Source: Naegleria gruberi (lineage: Eukaryota). From it: a stretch of DNA of 64,000 bases. Below the pieces are notes generated by a model. The model did not search any database. It had not been told where the DNA came from and saw only the letters and a list, made by a program, of their open reading frames with translations. The DNA lies in assembly GCA_000004985.1 (NCBI GenBank), contig GG738861.1. One strand, 5' to 3'. Positions 1 through 12,743 of the stretch are shown here, one piece after another; position 1 is the stretch's first letter, and every line of letters starts with the position of its first letter. Made by a program: the position numbers and the translations under genes.

Positions 1-395
1 AAAAATGATGTTTTAGTATGTGTAGTTGTCAAGACAGATGGCAGCTCTGTCGATGATTGTGCAATTTCAAAATTATTCAAAATAGTGCAAGGAGCTTCTG
101 TAATATCAGAGGATTCATTGTTTTCGAGTGGAGATGTAAATATTGGAAATGAAAGACGTAAATATATATACTTTGTTCTTGGGGAATTTCTCAACTGAGT
201 AATCTGGACGAAAGTCAAACTAAACTGTGCACAACAAAAGCAATGTTGTGAGTAAGATTGCCACCTCACCAATAAACAATAAAATTCCCAATTTAGAACA
301 AACGTGATTGTGGTTTATTTTCTCAATCCATTGCTCGAATTTGCCATCAGAAATGTCAAATAAAAAAATACAGAAAATACTCTAGTCTGTGTGAA

Positions 396-3300
396 ATGTC
401 ATTTGACAACAGCAGGGAGTCTGTCTTGTCAAAGAAACTTCTATCGGGTGACATTTACCTTTCCATTAAATTGTCGAATCCCTTCCACAACTTGAAAAAT
501 AGAAAATTCCAAGTTTTTATAAATTGCATTGGTTCGGAATTGAATAATGATGATGGCAATAGAATCAGATTAATATATTCCTATTCCTGTTTATGTGAAC
601 CAAGTAGTGAAAGTACGAGTCTTGTTGGAAGCAATGGATATTCGAATGATTTGAATGATAAGTATATTGATCCATTGACAAGAATGGTTACAATTCAAAG
701 TACAATTTCACCCAAAGAAGTGACACAATCCGAGGATGGTAAATCACTTTTTATTAAAGTGGGAAATTATGGAAAGAATCCAGGAAGAACACAAATCAAA
801 TTCTTGGCTCTCGTATTTGAAATCCAGTATCAGAATCAATACTATCAAGCTTACATCACCATTAAAACTCAAAGAGGAAGTGGTGTTGAGCAAAGAGGTT
901 GTACAACCAAAGAATCCTGTTTCATTTCAGATGCTGTTCAAAATGAGGAGGATGAATTCATTCAGGCTTTTTTAAGGTTTAACTCTTTAGGCTCTTCTTT
1001 AAGTAATTGTTCAAGTCCAACCAACAGGAGGAGAACACCAAACAGCAAGCCAAACTTTGGAAGTGTCTTTGCAGAGCAAAAATTTGTAAATTTCATGGAA
1101 GGCACAACAGATTCTCTTGACAGACTTACTCCTGATATTATTGCTGTTGGACAATCTGACAACTATGATGATGAAATTGATTATCAAAATTCACTTACTG
1201 ATTTTTACAATACCATCACATTCACAAAAATCCATTTTGAAAATGGACCAAAACAGGGTGGACAACCAAATACTCTTTATTTATCATTCAAAGACAGCTC
1301 AAAAACTGGATTGTATGAACTGATAAAACACCATTCAATGCAAAGTATCAGTATGTGGTTTGTACCAAAGCATCACCCAGAAGTTCAGGTAGGTCTTCCA
1401 CAAATACTTCACATCAGTGAAATTGGAAATTATGCAGCCCTCCATTTTATTACTTCTCCAGTTCTTACACATTTTGAGGGTGATTTGGATTCTTGTGTTT
1501 TCTTGGTTATTGATAATGAAATAATTGATGGACTAGTTGACTATACATTTGTTGACATTTCAGATAATATTCAATCTACAGATTATTACAATACAGAAGA
1601 GAATCTGAGAGGGGTTCAGTACACTACCCAGCAAGGAGGTAATACCCAAACAACCTCAAACTATTCTCTTAGTAAATACTCCCCAGTCGTTACCATATTG
1701 AACATTGGACAATTTGCAAAACAACAATACCAACAATCTATGGATAAATTTGAGAATTTAGGTCATTTCATTGAAAATTTCCAAATGCAATTCGGTAAAA
1801 TAATTGACGTATTTGGATACAACTTTGCTGGATTCCTCAAATCCAATGGATTTGTGGTAGAAGGTGTCACATTTGAAGAAGTGATTTGTCCTACTAGTTC
1901 CAATGAACAATTAGTAACAATTGAACCAGCTGAGGTCCGAAAAGAAGAAAAGGTATTTGGCGCAGAAGAGGTAACTGATATGATTGTAAAATCTATTCAA
2001 AATAGAATTTCTTTAGAAGATGAGAAGATGATTGAAAACTCTGTGCAAACATTGGCACACAAAAGCAGTGATCTTGATACAAAACAAGCTGAAGAATATA
2101 TTGTCATCAACACTGTTGTTCCAAAACACTTGGAAGCTAATTACAATCCAGGAAAACGTCACGCCAGAAATGACAAAGAGCCATATCTCAATCTCAAATT
2201 TGTTATATACGATGCTAATGCACTTCCTTCCCAAGATGCACAAAACAATATTCCAAAATTGAAAGTGGCTCTTTTCTTTGCCAAGTTTGTTATTTCTTTT
2301 GATGACAAAACTCACTTGATAGTTATTGAAGATCAAGAAAAGAAAGAAAATTTCCTCTATCAAACCTTCTATGATTGTAACATTTACAAAGTTAGAAAGA
2401 ATGAAGAAATTGATAGCTTCCTTTATAGATTGGCTGAATTCAACTGTGCATGGAACTGTTCTCAATTCTATGATGAAAAGAACAGCAATACTGGACATTA
2501 TGTCATTTCAGTTTTGAAATATTTGAAGATTTGGGATCCATCTGCACTTTGGGCTAAATTTGCTATCAATGTATGTGAAGGCAAACCACTTGAAAAACAT
2601 GTGACAATTTATCCAGACTTTTTCCACATGGATTCAAAGCAAAGTATCCCAGCAATGCTCAACGGTACTAAAGCAGCAGAATGTCCAAAATTGAAGGACA
2701 CAATAACAGGATATGTGAAACAATCATCAGATGCTCCATTTAAATATCATTTCAGTGGGTATTCAGACGATCCAGAAGTTGAAGCAAAAGCAGCCAGAAC
2801 TGAATTGGAATTCATGTATGAATTGCTTCGTGAATGTGGTGAAAGTTATTTGAGAATTTTGGAAGATAGTGTTCGTGCTCAAAGATTGTTAAAGAAAATA
2901 ATGCAAACAAATTACGGTCAATCTCTCTCAAGTGACACATGGCAACACTTGAAACAGTTATCTGACAAGCATAATCAAACTTTCCACAAACAAATGTACA
3001 ACTTCCCTAATTTCTTCAATCTCATCAAGCCAACCAAGAATTCTGAAGTCGTGGAAAAGGCAGCCAAAAATGCTTGGAGAACTATGCAGGAATCAACCAA
3101 CATGCAACTGAGTGAACCATCTATCCCAGATGTTCCAGATGTTGTTGAAGGAAAAATCCATTTTACTAATCTTGATTCGCCTTTAAACGACAATCCAAAA
3201 CTACTAACTCTTAACTTATCAGGACCTTTACCACGCTCAGTTCTACCTGAATCTGTAACAATCTCATATGAGCTTGATGAAGACGATAGAGGTAAGGTGC

Positions 3301-3821
3301 TTGTTAGCGATTCTAGAGTTGTTAATGTAAATCAGACAAGTAACAATTTACAAATTAATTTTGAAGTGCCAACTTCAAACACCTGTGATTTCAATTATTT
3401 CAAAATTCAAGCAAGAATGGTGGTTAAGATTAATGGTTTTCCTTTGGATTCTGAAGAAATTATATTTACAATTAGACACGATCCAAGCAAGTATGTTCAA
3501 GTATGCACAGGTTCTAAAGTTGTCAATGCAAATGGACAGACGCTAACGCTGTTCTTGAGATTTTCTGAACCAACTCGGCTCAATGGTGTCATTAATCTTT
3601 ATAGTTCTATGAAGTGCAGCTACATCACTCCCATTCTAGATCGTTTCCAAAAACATTCTGACAGAGAATATAGTTATACATTTCAATTGGAAAACAATTA
3701 TGACATATTCCACATATTTGTTAGGACAGAAGCAGAGGATATTCTAGTTGGAACTATTCATGTAAGTAAGCAACATTTATTGATTACTAAATTATTTCAT
3801 ATTGTAGAATTTGGAATTTAA
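396..3821 (+). CDS. Large hypothetical protein (>=1141 aa), probably continuing into the downstream pseudokinase-like exon
   Basis: A single 3.4 kb open frame in a genome where random frames close quickly. No domain recognised by eye. The frame ends at a GTAAGT (3763), so a further exon is likely. Confidence 0.5.
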   Translation: MSFDNSRESVLSKKLLSGDIYLSIKLSNPFHNLKNRKFQVFINCIGSELNNDDGNRIRLIYSYSCLCEPSSESTSLVGSNGYSNDLNDKYIDPLTRMVTIQSTISPKEVTQSEDGKSLFIKVGNYGKNPGRTQIKFLALVFEIQYQNQYYQAYITIKTQRGSGVEQRGCTTKESCFISDAVQNEEDEFIQAFLRFNSLGSSLSNCSSPTNRRRTPNSKPNFGSVFAEQKFVNFMEGTTDSLDRLTPDIIAVGQSDNYDDEIDYQNSLTDFYNTITFTKIHFENGPKQGGQPNTLYLSFKDSSKTGLYELIKHHSMQSISMWFVPKHHPEVQVGLPQILHISEIGNYAALHFITSPVLTHFEGDLDSCVFLVIDNEIIDGLVDYTFVDISDNIQSTDYYNTEENLRGVQYTTQQGGNTQTTSNYSLSKYSPVVTILNIGQFAKQQYQQSMDKFENLGHFIENFQMQFGKIIDVFGYNFAGFLKSNGFVVEGVTFEEVICPTSSNEQLVTIEPAEVRKEEKVFGAEEVTDMIVKSIQNRISLEDEKMIENSVQTLAHKSSDLDTKQAEEYIVINTVVPKHLEANYNPGKRHARNDKEPYLNLKFVIYDANALPSQDAQNNIPKLKVALFFAKFVISFDDKTHLIVIEDQEKKENFLYQTFYDCNIYKVRKNEEIDSFLYRLAEFNCAWNCSQFYDEKNSNTGHYVISVLKYLKIWDPSALWAKFAINVCEGKPLEKHVTIYPDFFHMDSKQSIPAMLNGTKAAECPKLKDTITGYVKQSSDAPFKYHFSGYSDDPEVEAKAARTELEFMYELLRECGESYLRILEDSVRAQRLLKKIMQTNYGQSLSSDTWQHLKQLSDKHNQTFHKQMYNFPNFFNLIKPTKNSEVVEKAAKNAWRTMQESTNMQLSEPSIPDVPDVVEGKIHFTNLDSPLNDNPKLLTLNLSGPLPRSVLPESVTISYELDEDDRGKVLVSDSRVVNVNQTSNNLQINFEVPTSNTCDFNYFKIQARMVVKINGFPLDSEEIIFTIRHDPSKYVQVCTGSKVVNANGQTLTLFLRFSEPTRLNGVINLYSSMKCSYITPILDRFQKHSDREYSYTFQLENNYDIFHIFVRTEAEDILVGTIHVSKQHLLITKLFHIVEFGI

Positions 3822-3966
3822 ATCCTCTGAATTGGAAGAGTAAATTTATTTTGTAATAAATAATGTAAATATGTAAATAATCATTTTCCCGACAAAATGT
3901 TAATAACTAACAAAAAAATGTCTAACATCTTCTTTCAGTCATTTTGAGACGGGTTCCCATTTCTAT

Positions 3967-4530
3967 TTGAATGCTTTGAAGAAAATATTTAGGAAATTAG
4001 AAAGAAAGCAACTAAAGTTGGAGAATATTTTCTTGAAAATCAATCAGATTATGGATTGGCTAAATGTCAACATTCCTAATTGTGGAACTTTAGGTTTTAT
4101 TGATCCTGCATTGTCAAATGGAAGTACACAATTCAATTATTCCTGTGACATTTACAGTTTTGGTAAAACTGTCATGCAATTCATCTTGGGAAAGAAATTC
4201 AATCCTTCTTATTATGATTCTGATCTTGAGGAAATGATTAAGGAAGCTGGAATTTCAATTAATTTAAGTTCATTGATTCATAGAATGATTGACCCAGATC
4301 TATTGGAAAGAATTCAACTTGAAATGGTTTTGGAAATTGCTAGGGAAAATCTCCAACCTAAAAAACAGTTTCGGCCACAATCAATAGGTGTAATGGTAGA
4401 GAGTCCAAGTGCTAAATCTCAATTTCGTCCAATCAATAAGTTTCGAAACCACCAAGTACAAATTCTGAATTTGGTATTTTTCATTGTGCTTCCCATGTTT
4501 CAAATAATCGTTGTTTGTATTAGAACTTGA
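3967..4530 (+). CDS. C-terminal exon with a degenerate protein-kinase C-lobe (pseudokinase-like)
   Basis: 'KLENIFLKIN' resembles the catalytic loop 'LKPENILL', but HRD is replaced by ERK. 'IMDWL' sits where DFG should be. 'GTLGFIDPA' matches subdomain VIII (GTxxYxAPE) and 'DIYSFGKTVMQFILGKKF' matches subdomain IX. The ORF-track start is a TTG; the true 5' end is probably spliced from the upstream gene, with an acceptor near 3950-3955. Confidence 0.4.
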   Translation: MNALKKIFRKLERKQLKLENIFLKINQIMDWLNVNIPNCGTLGFIDPALSNGSTQFNYSCDIYSFGKTVMQFILGKKFNPSYYDSDLEEMIKEAGISINLSSLIHRMIDPDLLERIQLEMVLEIARENLQPKKQFRPQSIGVMVESPSAKSQFRPINKFRNHQVQILNLVFFIVLPMFQIIVVCIRT

Positions 4531-5107
4531 ATGGACTGTAAATAAACTTTGGTACACTGTAACTTCATCAAGCAATACAAAAATATTGAACCAGTGGTGG
4601 AAATTTCCAATATTCGAAACTTTCGAATAGCACTGTGAAATGGAAAGTCAAATCATCTAGATACCCCCACAAATGAGAATTCAAGCAATCCAGATTACAA
4701 GATTCGTGTATGAATGAGAATACAACAACTTCTGGATTGTTCAATTTAAATGTCGTTGGCTAAGTTGACCAACAAAATGATTTCGTTACAATCTTTCTAC
4801 AGTCCCACAAAGTCACAATCAATCAATACCTTTCCTTACTAGCACGAATCAACAATAACAAACTGGCATAACATGTCTCTATTCAGCAACTCATCTGCCA
4901 AACGTCAATTTTTATGTCGCACTCAAAAATCTTGAAAAATACATACGGCTGTTTTCACTACACAATCCTTCTCGCATTATCCAGTCAATTATCAATAATG
5001 ACAGATCTCTAATTTTTCCAAGACGCACAAAAGTGTCAGCTGCCACATGTTTAATAACATTGAACCACCAACTTCCTATTCTCTTCTCTATCATCATTAA
5101 AAAAAAT

Positions 5108-8100
5108 ATGTCAAACAACACCCAACGAGCACTGACAGGTCTTTTTCTACTCCTGTTAATTGTCAGTTTGGTCACTTGCCAAACCAATTGTCCACAAGAC
5201 GCTCAAGGTTTAACATTATTTTCCAGTATTTCTGGATTTTCAACTGCTAACAGTCAAATTACGATTAGCACAGCTGTCAAGGTTGACAAATCTCCACCTT
5301 ACAAACTTCGTTCCATCACTGTTTTAAATGGAGGTTCACTTATTTTCGATAACGCCAATTTGACTTTGAATGTTGATTTTATTAGAGTCGAGTCTGGAGC
5401 TAGTTGGATTATGGGAAGTGCCACATGTCCAATTACTAATAAGATTGTCTTGACATTTTATGGATCACGTACTACTGAGAATGAAATTGGAACAGATCCA
5501 TTTGATAATGTGAATATGGGATCAAAGGGAATTGGTTTTCTTTCTGGATCTAGAGTTCAAATCTTTGGTCAAGTTGACTCACCAACATTTACTGATCTTG
5601 CTGTTACTGCTGTTAAAGGAAGTAATCAAATCAAGTTGAGTGAAAGTGTTTCATGGAGAGTTGGTGATTCCATTGTTATTGCTACCTCAGATTATGGTGA
5701 AATGTTGGACTATACTAAAATAACTTCTTCATTGATTGGTTGGGCTAGAGGTGTTAAATTCCCAGATCAAAATGAAGAACGTATCATTACTCAAGTTTTG
5801 GATGGTGGTAAGACTATTGTCTTGGATGCTCCACTCAATTATACTCACTACAGTGATGGAGATAAGATTAAGCCAGAAGTTGGTTTATTGTCGAGAAGAA
5901 TTGTTTTCCAAGGAGATAATTCATCTGATGCTTCTCAATTTGGTGGCCATTTTATGGTTCGTTTGGTTACTCAATTCCAAGTTGAAGGTATTGAAATTAG
6001 AAAGTTTGGTCAATATGGTTTGATGGGAAGATATTCATTCCATCTTCACCTTTTGGAAAATACTGCTCAAGGTACTGCTTTGGGTACTCAATACTATATT
6101 AAGGGATGTTCAGTTCATGACTCATTCCAAAGATGTTACGTTGTTCACGATACTAATTATTTCTTGCTTCAAGACAATGTCTGTTTCAATTCTAATGGAC
6201 ATCAATACTTTTTGGAAGATGGTTCAGAGTTAGGTAATGTTTTCAAACATAATTTGGCAATTCGTGCCAAGCCAGTTTATGACTTGACCTATCGTCTGAT
6301 TCCATCTGATAGTGATGTTGCTAATTTTTGGATTACCAACCCAAACAATACATTTATTGACAACCATGCTTGTGGTTCCAAACATGCTTTTTGGTTTACG
6401 TAAGTTATCACAATTTATTCCTCTATTAATGTTTTAAATTTTAGAATGCCAACCTTCCCAACAGGTGCAAGTGCTTCCCTGTATGCTCCAGGTTCTATCA
6501 ATCCAAGAACTGCTCCTCCAAAGCCATTTTCTGGAAATGTAGCTCACGGTTCACAAAATGGTCTTTTTATCGATGACATGGAAAAGCCAGACGGTACAAC
6601 TGAACAAGCTGGTTATTATCCATCCATTGAGGCATTAATTGATAATTTTATTGCTTACAAAAATAGAGGTTATGGTATTTGGGCTCGTTGTGGTAATATT
6701 GTTTTCAAAAACTTGTACTTGACTGATAATATGAGACAAATGAACTCTCCTCCAGGTACTTCATATATTACTGATTCCATCATGATTGCTGAATCTGACA
6801 ATGTTGGTGATTATACTTTGAGACCTTCTGTTGATGTTGGTAATAGAACTAGACCAAATGCTTACTACTCACTTACCACTGTTATTAAGGGTTATGAAAC
6901 TTATGATAACGGCGGTGCTGAATTGTTGAGAAATGTCACTTTCAGAAACTTTGTCACTGACAAGTATAAGAGAGCTGGTTGTTTGTCAGTCCTTGATAAC
7001 TTCTTCAGACTCCATACTAGAAATAGATATTGTGATTTGAAGTTTGAAAATTCTCCTCAAAGAGTTTTCTTGGATACAGTCACTTATGAAAACCACAAGG
7101 GTGCTGCCCTCATGGATATTGATGGTTCCATCACTGGTATTGCTGGTGGTGCTTGGATTGGAGGTATTGACCCAATTCAAAACTGGGAAGGTTGTATCAC
7201 CAGATATGACTGGAATAATGCTTCAGTTTGTCCATTGATGGGTGAATCACTCTTCCAATTGAGAGTTTTGAATTATAACATTTCTGGATCAGTAATTGTT
7301 GATCCATACGGAGTTTCACACGCTGATTACAAGGATAACTCAAAGAAGATTCCAAGATTGTTCCTTACTGATCTCTTGAGAAATATTCAAGGTACTGTTG
7401 CTGGTGTTCAATCCAGTGGAGGAGAATTCTATATGCAAGCTAACGTTCCAGCTCGTGGTTTCTACGCTATCAAGTTCAACTGGGATCTCCCACCTCCAAA
7501 TCCAATGAATTTGCAAATGCAATCATCAGCTGCTGGTGATTGGAGTGTTTTGGCTATTCAATATCCACTCGGTTCTACATTCACAGTTACTTCAAGCGGG
7601 CCAGGAACACTCAATTTGTGTGACTCATTGGAAGATGTCATTAACTTCCCAACCCAATGCTACTATTTCAATACCACAACAGGTCACTTGTACCTCAAGT
7701 TGAAGAATGCCAACTCTAAGAGTAACAAGAAGGAATGGTACGGATTTGTTGACTATGGTAATTGGGGTAACTCTGTTGCTGTCAATATTACTGCCAAATG
7801 TCCAAATGATTATTGTGGTACTTCCACTCCAAGTCTTCCTGCAAATCCAAGAGAAACTTACAGAGTTTACATGAAGGAAGATAGATTCGTCGGTCGTTTG
7901 GAAATGTGTCAACAAGCTGCTGTTTCTGCATTGGCCCCTGGTTCTACTAGTGCTGTTGGTTCAGTCTTTGCATTCTTGAATTACAATGACAGATTATTGG
8001 ACATTGTTCTCCATCACAATTTGAACAATAAGGCAAGTTTGGTTGAAGTTGGTGTTGGTGCTCCTGGTGCAGTTGAAAGATATATCACTTACAGTTATGT

Positions 8101-9136
8101 TCCATCTCCATATTCTCAAAGTAGATTTGGATTACAATTATCTCATGGTGAATGGGTTGACTTGTTGAAGGGAAGAATTTTCATCAAGGTTTCCTCTACT
8201 GAAAATCCAAATGGTCACTTGAGAGCTCAATTGTACTGTAGTGGTAAATGTAATTTGCCACCAGCAGTTTCAACAACTTCTCCATGTACTGTTAAGAACG
8301 CATCTCAAGTTATTACCTTGTACGATGAAGGAGCTACCTTCAAGTCAACTGGATTTACCAATGGTCCTTATGCTAGTACTAGTCCTGATTACTATGTTGC
8401 CAACATTACCTATCCATTCAATCCAATTTGTGGTAATTCTTCTTATTACTTTGGTCTCAAGAAGGGTGGATTCCAACTTTACAGAGGTTCAGTTGTCAAT
8501 GTCGATACCAGTGTTTACAAGTACTTTGAATTTTTCATTAAGGGAACCAATAACTCTGGTGTGATTGAATTGGTCACTAGTTTTGCTTACTACAATACCA
8601 CTTCAAAGACCTATATTAATATCAAGACTGGTATGCCAACCAATGCTACTTATGTTCAACACTACAAGATTGATGATACTCGTATCACCAGAGTTAGATA
8701 TCCACTTGCTGATATTGGATTCCAAGGAGTTCAACCATTCAGTAAATTCGCCTTCTACTTGGGTAACCAGGGACAATACAGAGAAATGATTATTGACAAT
8801 ATTCGTTTCGTTGGTGATCAAGGAACTGAAGAAACATCCAGATTTATCACTTCAAGTGAAATTAAGACCTGGGGATCTGTTTCTACATGTGGTGCATCAG
8901 CTAGTCCAGATGTTGATCCATTGAAGATGTCATCCTTATTCTTTGATGTCACCAATGAAGTGAGATCAGGTCAAGAAACACCTATTGAACCAGGTACTTC
9001 ATCTATTCCTGCACCTTCATCAAGCAATACTGCCATTCCAAGAGCTTCTGCTTTTTCTGGTGCTTCTGCTATTGGAATGAATATGCTCATCATGGTTATT
9101 GTTGCTTTGGTTTCATCCTTCTTCATTGCTTTCTAA
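5108..9136 (+). CDS. Secreted or GPI/TM-anchored G8-domain plus parallel beta-helix protein (CEMIP/TMEM2-like). Two exons: 5108-6399 and 6445-9136
   Basis: N-terminal signal peptide (LFLLLLIVSLVTCQ). G8-like segment (LRSITVLNGGSLIFDN...WIMGSATCPI...VLTFYG...SKGIGFLSGSRVQIFG). A 'GRYSFHLH' motif like GRYPIHFH of CEMIP/TMEM2. Many NxS/T sequons. C-terminal hydrophobic tail (IGMNMLIMVIVALVSSFFIAF). An intron with GTAAGT and TTTTAG boundaries joins the two ORFs in frame. Confidence 0.6.
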
Positions 9137-9302
9137 ATTAATTTTGAATCTCAATAAACAGAAAGTATTTCATCAAACTTATCTGAACCTTTTGCTTATT
9201 ATGTTTTCGTCTTTGATATCAATCTTTCAAGAAGGAGTTAAATATTATTGAAAAAGAAGAAACCTTTAGAATATTGTAAATGAATCTGCTATTTATTCAA
9301 GT

Positions 9303-10905
9303 TTAATGATCCCACCACAAAATTCCTCTAAACTTTTCATTTCTCTTCAAGGCAACACAATTCTTCAAATTTTCGAATAAAGCACCAAAGAAACTCTTAT
9401 CAGTCTCATCTCTATAATAATTTCCAAGTTTTCCCTTAATTGCTTTCGTTGCTTCCTCAGCATGATAGAATGGAATCTTTGAAAAGACATGATGACACAC
9501 ATGTGTATCAGTAATGTGATGCAATTTGGAATCCAAGAATGAACCCATCGAACGATCAATGGTACACAAAGCTCCCTTCAACCAATTCCACTCACCTTCA
9601 TCCAAATGAGGAACGTCATCGTGGACGTGTTGTAAAAAGGTAATTGAGGTCAATAGGAAGAAATTAATACTGAGTGGTAAGACATAGACAGTGACCATCA
9701 CTTGCCATCCATAAATTTGGAATAATTGATAGAGAATGAATAACATGGCAATTACTCCAAAATTAGACAAGTAAATCTTTAAGGTTTCTCTACTATTAAA
9801 GATTGGAGAGGATGGTAAAAAGTGAGAGGTGAATTTGATTGGATACTTTTGTGAAATTTGCTTATAGTCAGAATATTCATTTTCATCATCTTGAGAGTTT
9901 CCATCACTTTCGGTAATAATAGTTGGTTCATAACGAATGCCCTTTGCATAATAGGCCACAACATTTTCCTTAACTGGACCAGAAACATTGAGCACCAAGT
10001 GAAGTGGCCAACCAATAGTTGCCATAACAATCATATCAGTAATGGCAGAAAGAGATGATTCAGATTTTGGTTTCATTTCAACTTGTTTGTCAACTTGAGA
10101 TTTTTGAGCTGGATTATTAGAAGGAATTGGTTGGACATTTTGAGGAACCCAGGTTTGATCTCTTGTCATGTGATTGGTATTTGCATGGTGAATAGCATGT
10201 GATTTCTGAAGAATTTCAAAAAATATTCAAATATTCCAGTAAAAAATTAACAAATTCTCTGGTTGACTAAACTTACTTGCCAAGCAAAATATGGAACCAA
10301 CAAGGCACTTCCGACAATGTAACCGACAATATCACAAACAAGAGGACTATCAGCAAAAGCATAATGTCCACATTCATGCTACAATCATAATAAAATATTC
10401 ACACAAATTGTTCGAAATATTTCACACAATTTCACACGAATTATTCGAAACATAAAGATGAAATCCATAATATATAAACCTAATCGAATAATAATTAACC
10501 TACCTGAAGAACCCACAATCCAGTAAATGTAAAACCTTCAATAAAAACATAACCACAAAACAAGACACCCTGCAACAAGTAATAAATTGGACTCAACACT
10601 ACAATTTGATTCAAATTAGCAAACCACCACGATTCTAACAAATTGGAAAAGTAATAATAGGCAACAGTATAGGCAATTAATTGAACCAAATCTGAAATGA
10701 GATGGAGCATACTGGTCATGACAGGTCTTTGGAAGCAATGTTTTGGGATGGCTTCCTTTAATTCACGAAGAGTGAAGGGAATGGCATCTCCGTGGTAGAG
10801 TGAAGAGAGTTTGTCATACTTTTCAGCTTGTTGAGCGCAAGATTCTGATGTGGCAGCTGACATTTTTTTTCTTTCGAGATCTTTTTGAAAATACGGAAAT
10901 TTCAA
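9303..10905 (-). CDS. FAD2-type (delta-12/omega-6) membrane fatty-acid desaturase. Three exons: 10905-10504, 10378-10277 and 10205-9303
   Basis: All three histidine boxes are present across the exons: 'HECGH' (exon 2), 'HAIHHANTNH' (exon 3 start) and 'HVCHHVF' (exon 3). The N-terminal 'AIPKHCFQR' is FAD2-like. Splice sites read GTAGGT/TTGTAG and GTAAGT/TTCTTCAG, and both joins are in frame. Confidence 0.8.
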
Positions 10906-12743
10906 GCATATCCTAGTGCGATGGATAAAAAGACCGGATTGCTATCCGAACAGTAACTCTGTCATACTGTTTAGGATGCCTTTTTTTTCACAAGTAATTT
11001 TGTAAACTTCTTTACAATATTTAATTCTCCTACTCTTTAAAATTTTTATTGCACAAAAGGACAATCACATGTGATACGAAATTAAATCCTCTACAAACAT
11101 ACAATCCAATCAAATAATCATATCTGATATTCTCATAAATATTTCCACACATTAGAATTTGTAATTCATGCCTCACCGATATGGAGACGTGTCCATTGCC
11201 ACCCATAAACCAGTTCCTTGTGATTTCCTCATTGATTGGGAGTGGATGAAAAAAGAGGTTCCTTACTCTCCGATGATGAAACAGCAACAAATTACCAGCA
11301 ATAAAAATTTGATCATCAATATCTAGGATTCATCATGAGCGCTATAATTACAGCTTCATAATAGAATTATTTAAGCATTAAGGATGAATGGTCTTTTTGC
11401 AAAAAACAAGATCACAGTTCTCCATTACTATTATTTACACAACAAAATCGTGCTAAAATGATATCCAAATTTGTTTATTGAAATGAAAACCTTGCATGCT
11501 GATTATTGGTGCTTGGGCTTGGATGCAATATTGTATCCAACATTAGCAAAAATCTGGTGAGGAGCAAAATTCAATTTTTATTGAGACAATGAACCAGAGC
11601 GATTAGGGTTGGATTTTTCACAACCGAGAAGACAACACCACAAGAGAATGGAAACTGAAACTTTGTGTTCAAGCCATTTATCATGTGATCTGAAATTATT
11701 GTAAGAGAACAAGAAATGAATACACACCTTTCATTTTGGGTGAAATTTTACTGGTGACATGATAGGTGCATGCGACTTGTCTCTCAAGTTATGAATAAAA
11801 ACAGCCGAACAAATTTTATACATTGAATACCGTACCTTTTAAAATACTCAAGTAAAGGACTATATTCCTTATTTCAGAAACTCAACAGAATACATCTACA
11901 GTACAGTGAATTGTAAATAAGTTACAACAGCCATTACAGAAACCCCCTAAATAAGAAACCTAAAACCTCATGTCAATGACTCTAGTAAATAAGTATGCTT
12001 TCATTCCCCACAACAACATGAACCTTGCAATTGTCAATTCAAAGAACAATTGAATGAAAGGTGTTGGAAAATTTGTGCGAAGATTCAACACGTTTTGATG
12101 AAATTGTACAGGACTGCCGAAATGCAAGGAAGGTAATAGCCAAAATAATCAATAACTTGTTGATAGTGTTGTTTATCATCGGGAGATGTTTCCGCCACAA
12201 GTAGGACAATAGATTCACATATTTTTTGTTATCTAATCTCTCTGTGCATTAATTTGCTTACTGCAAACCAAAAATCAACTTTAGATATTCACACAACACA
12301 GCGCTATGGAGAGAATACAAGATCCTTATTGGCTACCGTAGCAATGTACTTGTATTTTTTAGTTTTGGGAAATAAGGCAACAATACTGTTGGTTGGGTGC
12401 GATTCTCTGTGTCGCAGGCAAGTTGATAAAACCGACCTTAACTTGCACGATTATGGCATTTAAGTGCACTTTTGCCAAGAACAACAACAAGAAAAAAAAC
12501 TCTTGCAACGTTCTTATTAGCGTTATCATCAACGACAATTTTGAAAAACACAACACAACACCACCTTGATTATTTGCTTGTTGTAGCTGTGTTGTTTGTT
12601 TATGAGTTGTGAAGAGTTTGTGCAGTTTTTTCAACATTTTGCGATTAAAGGCTTTGTACTCTCATCAAATCTAGAGAACGTTGCGCAACCAACCACGTGT
12701 GTTGTTACATCTTCATCAACAACAACAACAATTAATCATCCTC

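Noticed and set aside
11030-11290. 86-aa ORF in the long intergenic region upstream of the desaturase
   Set aside because: It is an isolated short ORF with no recognisable features in an AT-rich, promoter-like region. It is more likely UTR or intergenic sequence.
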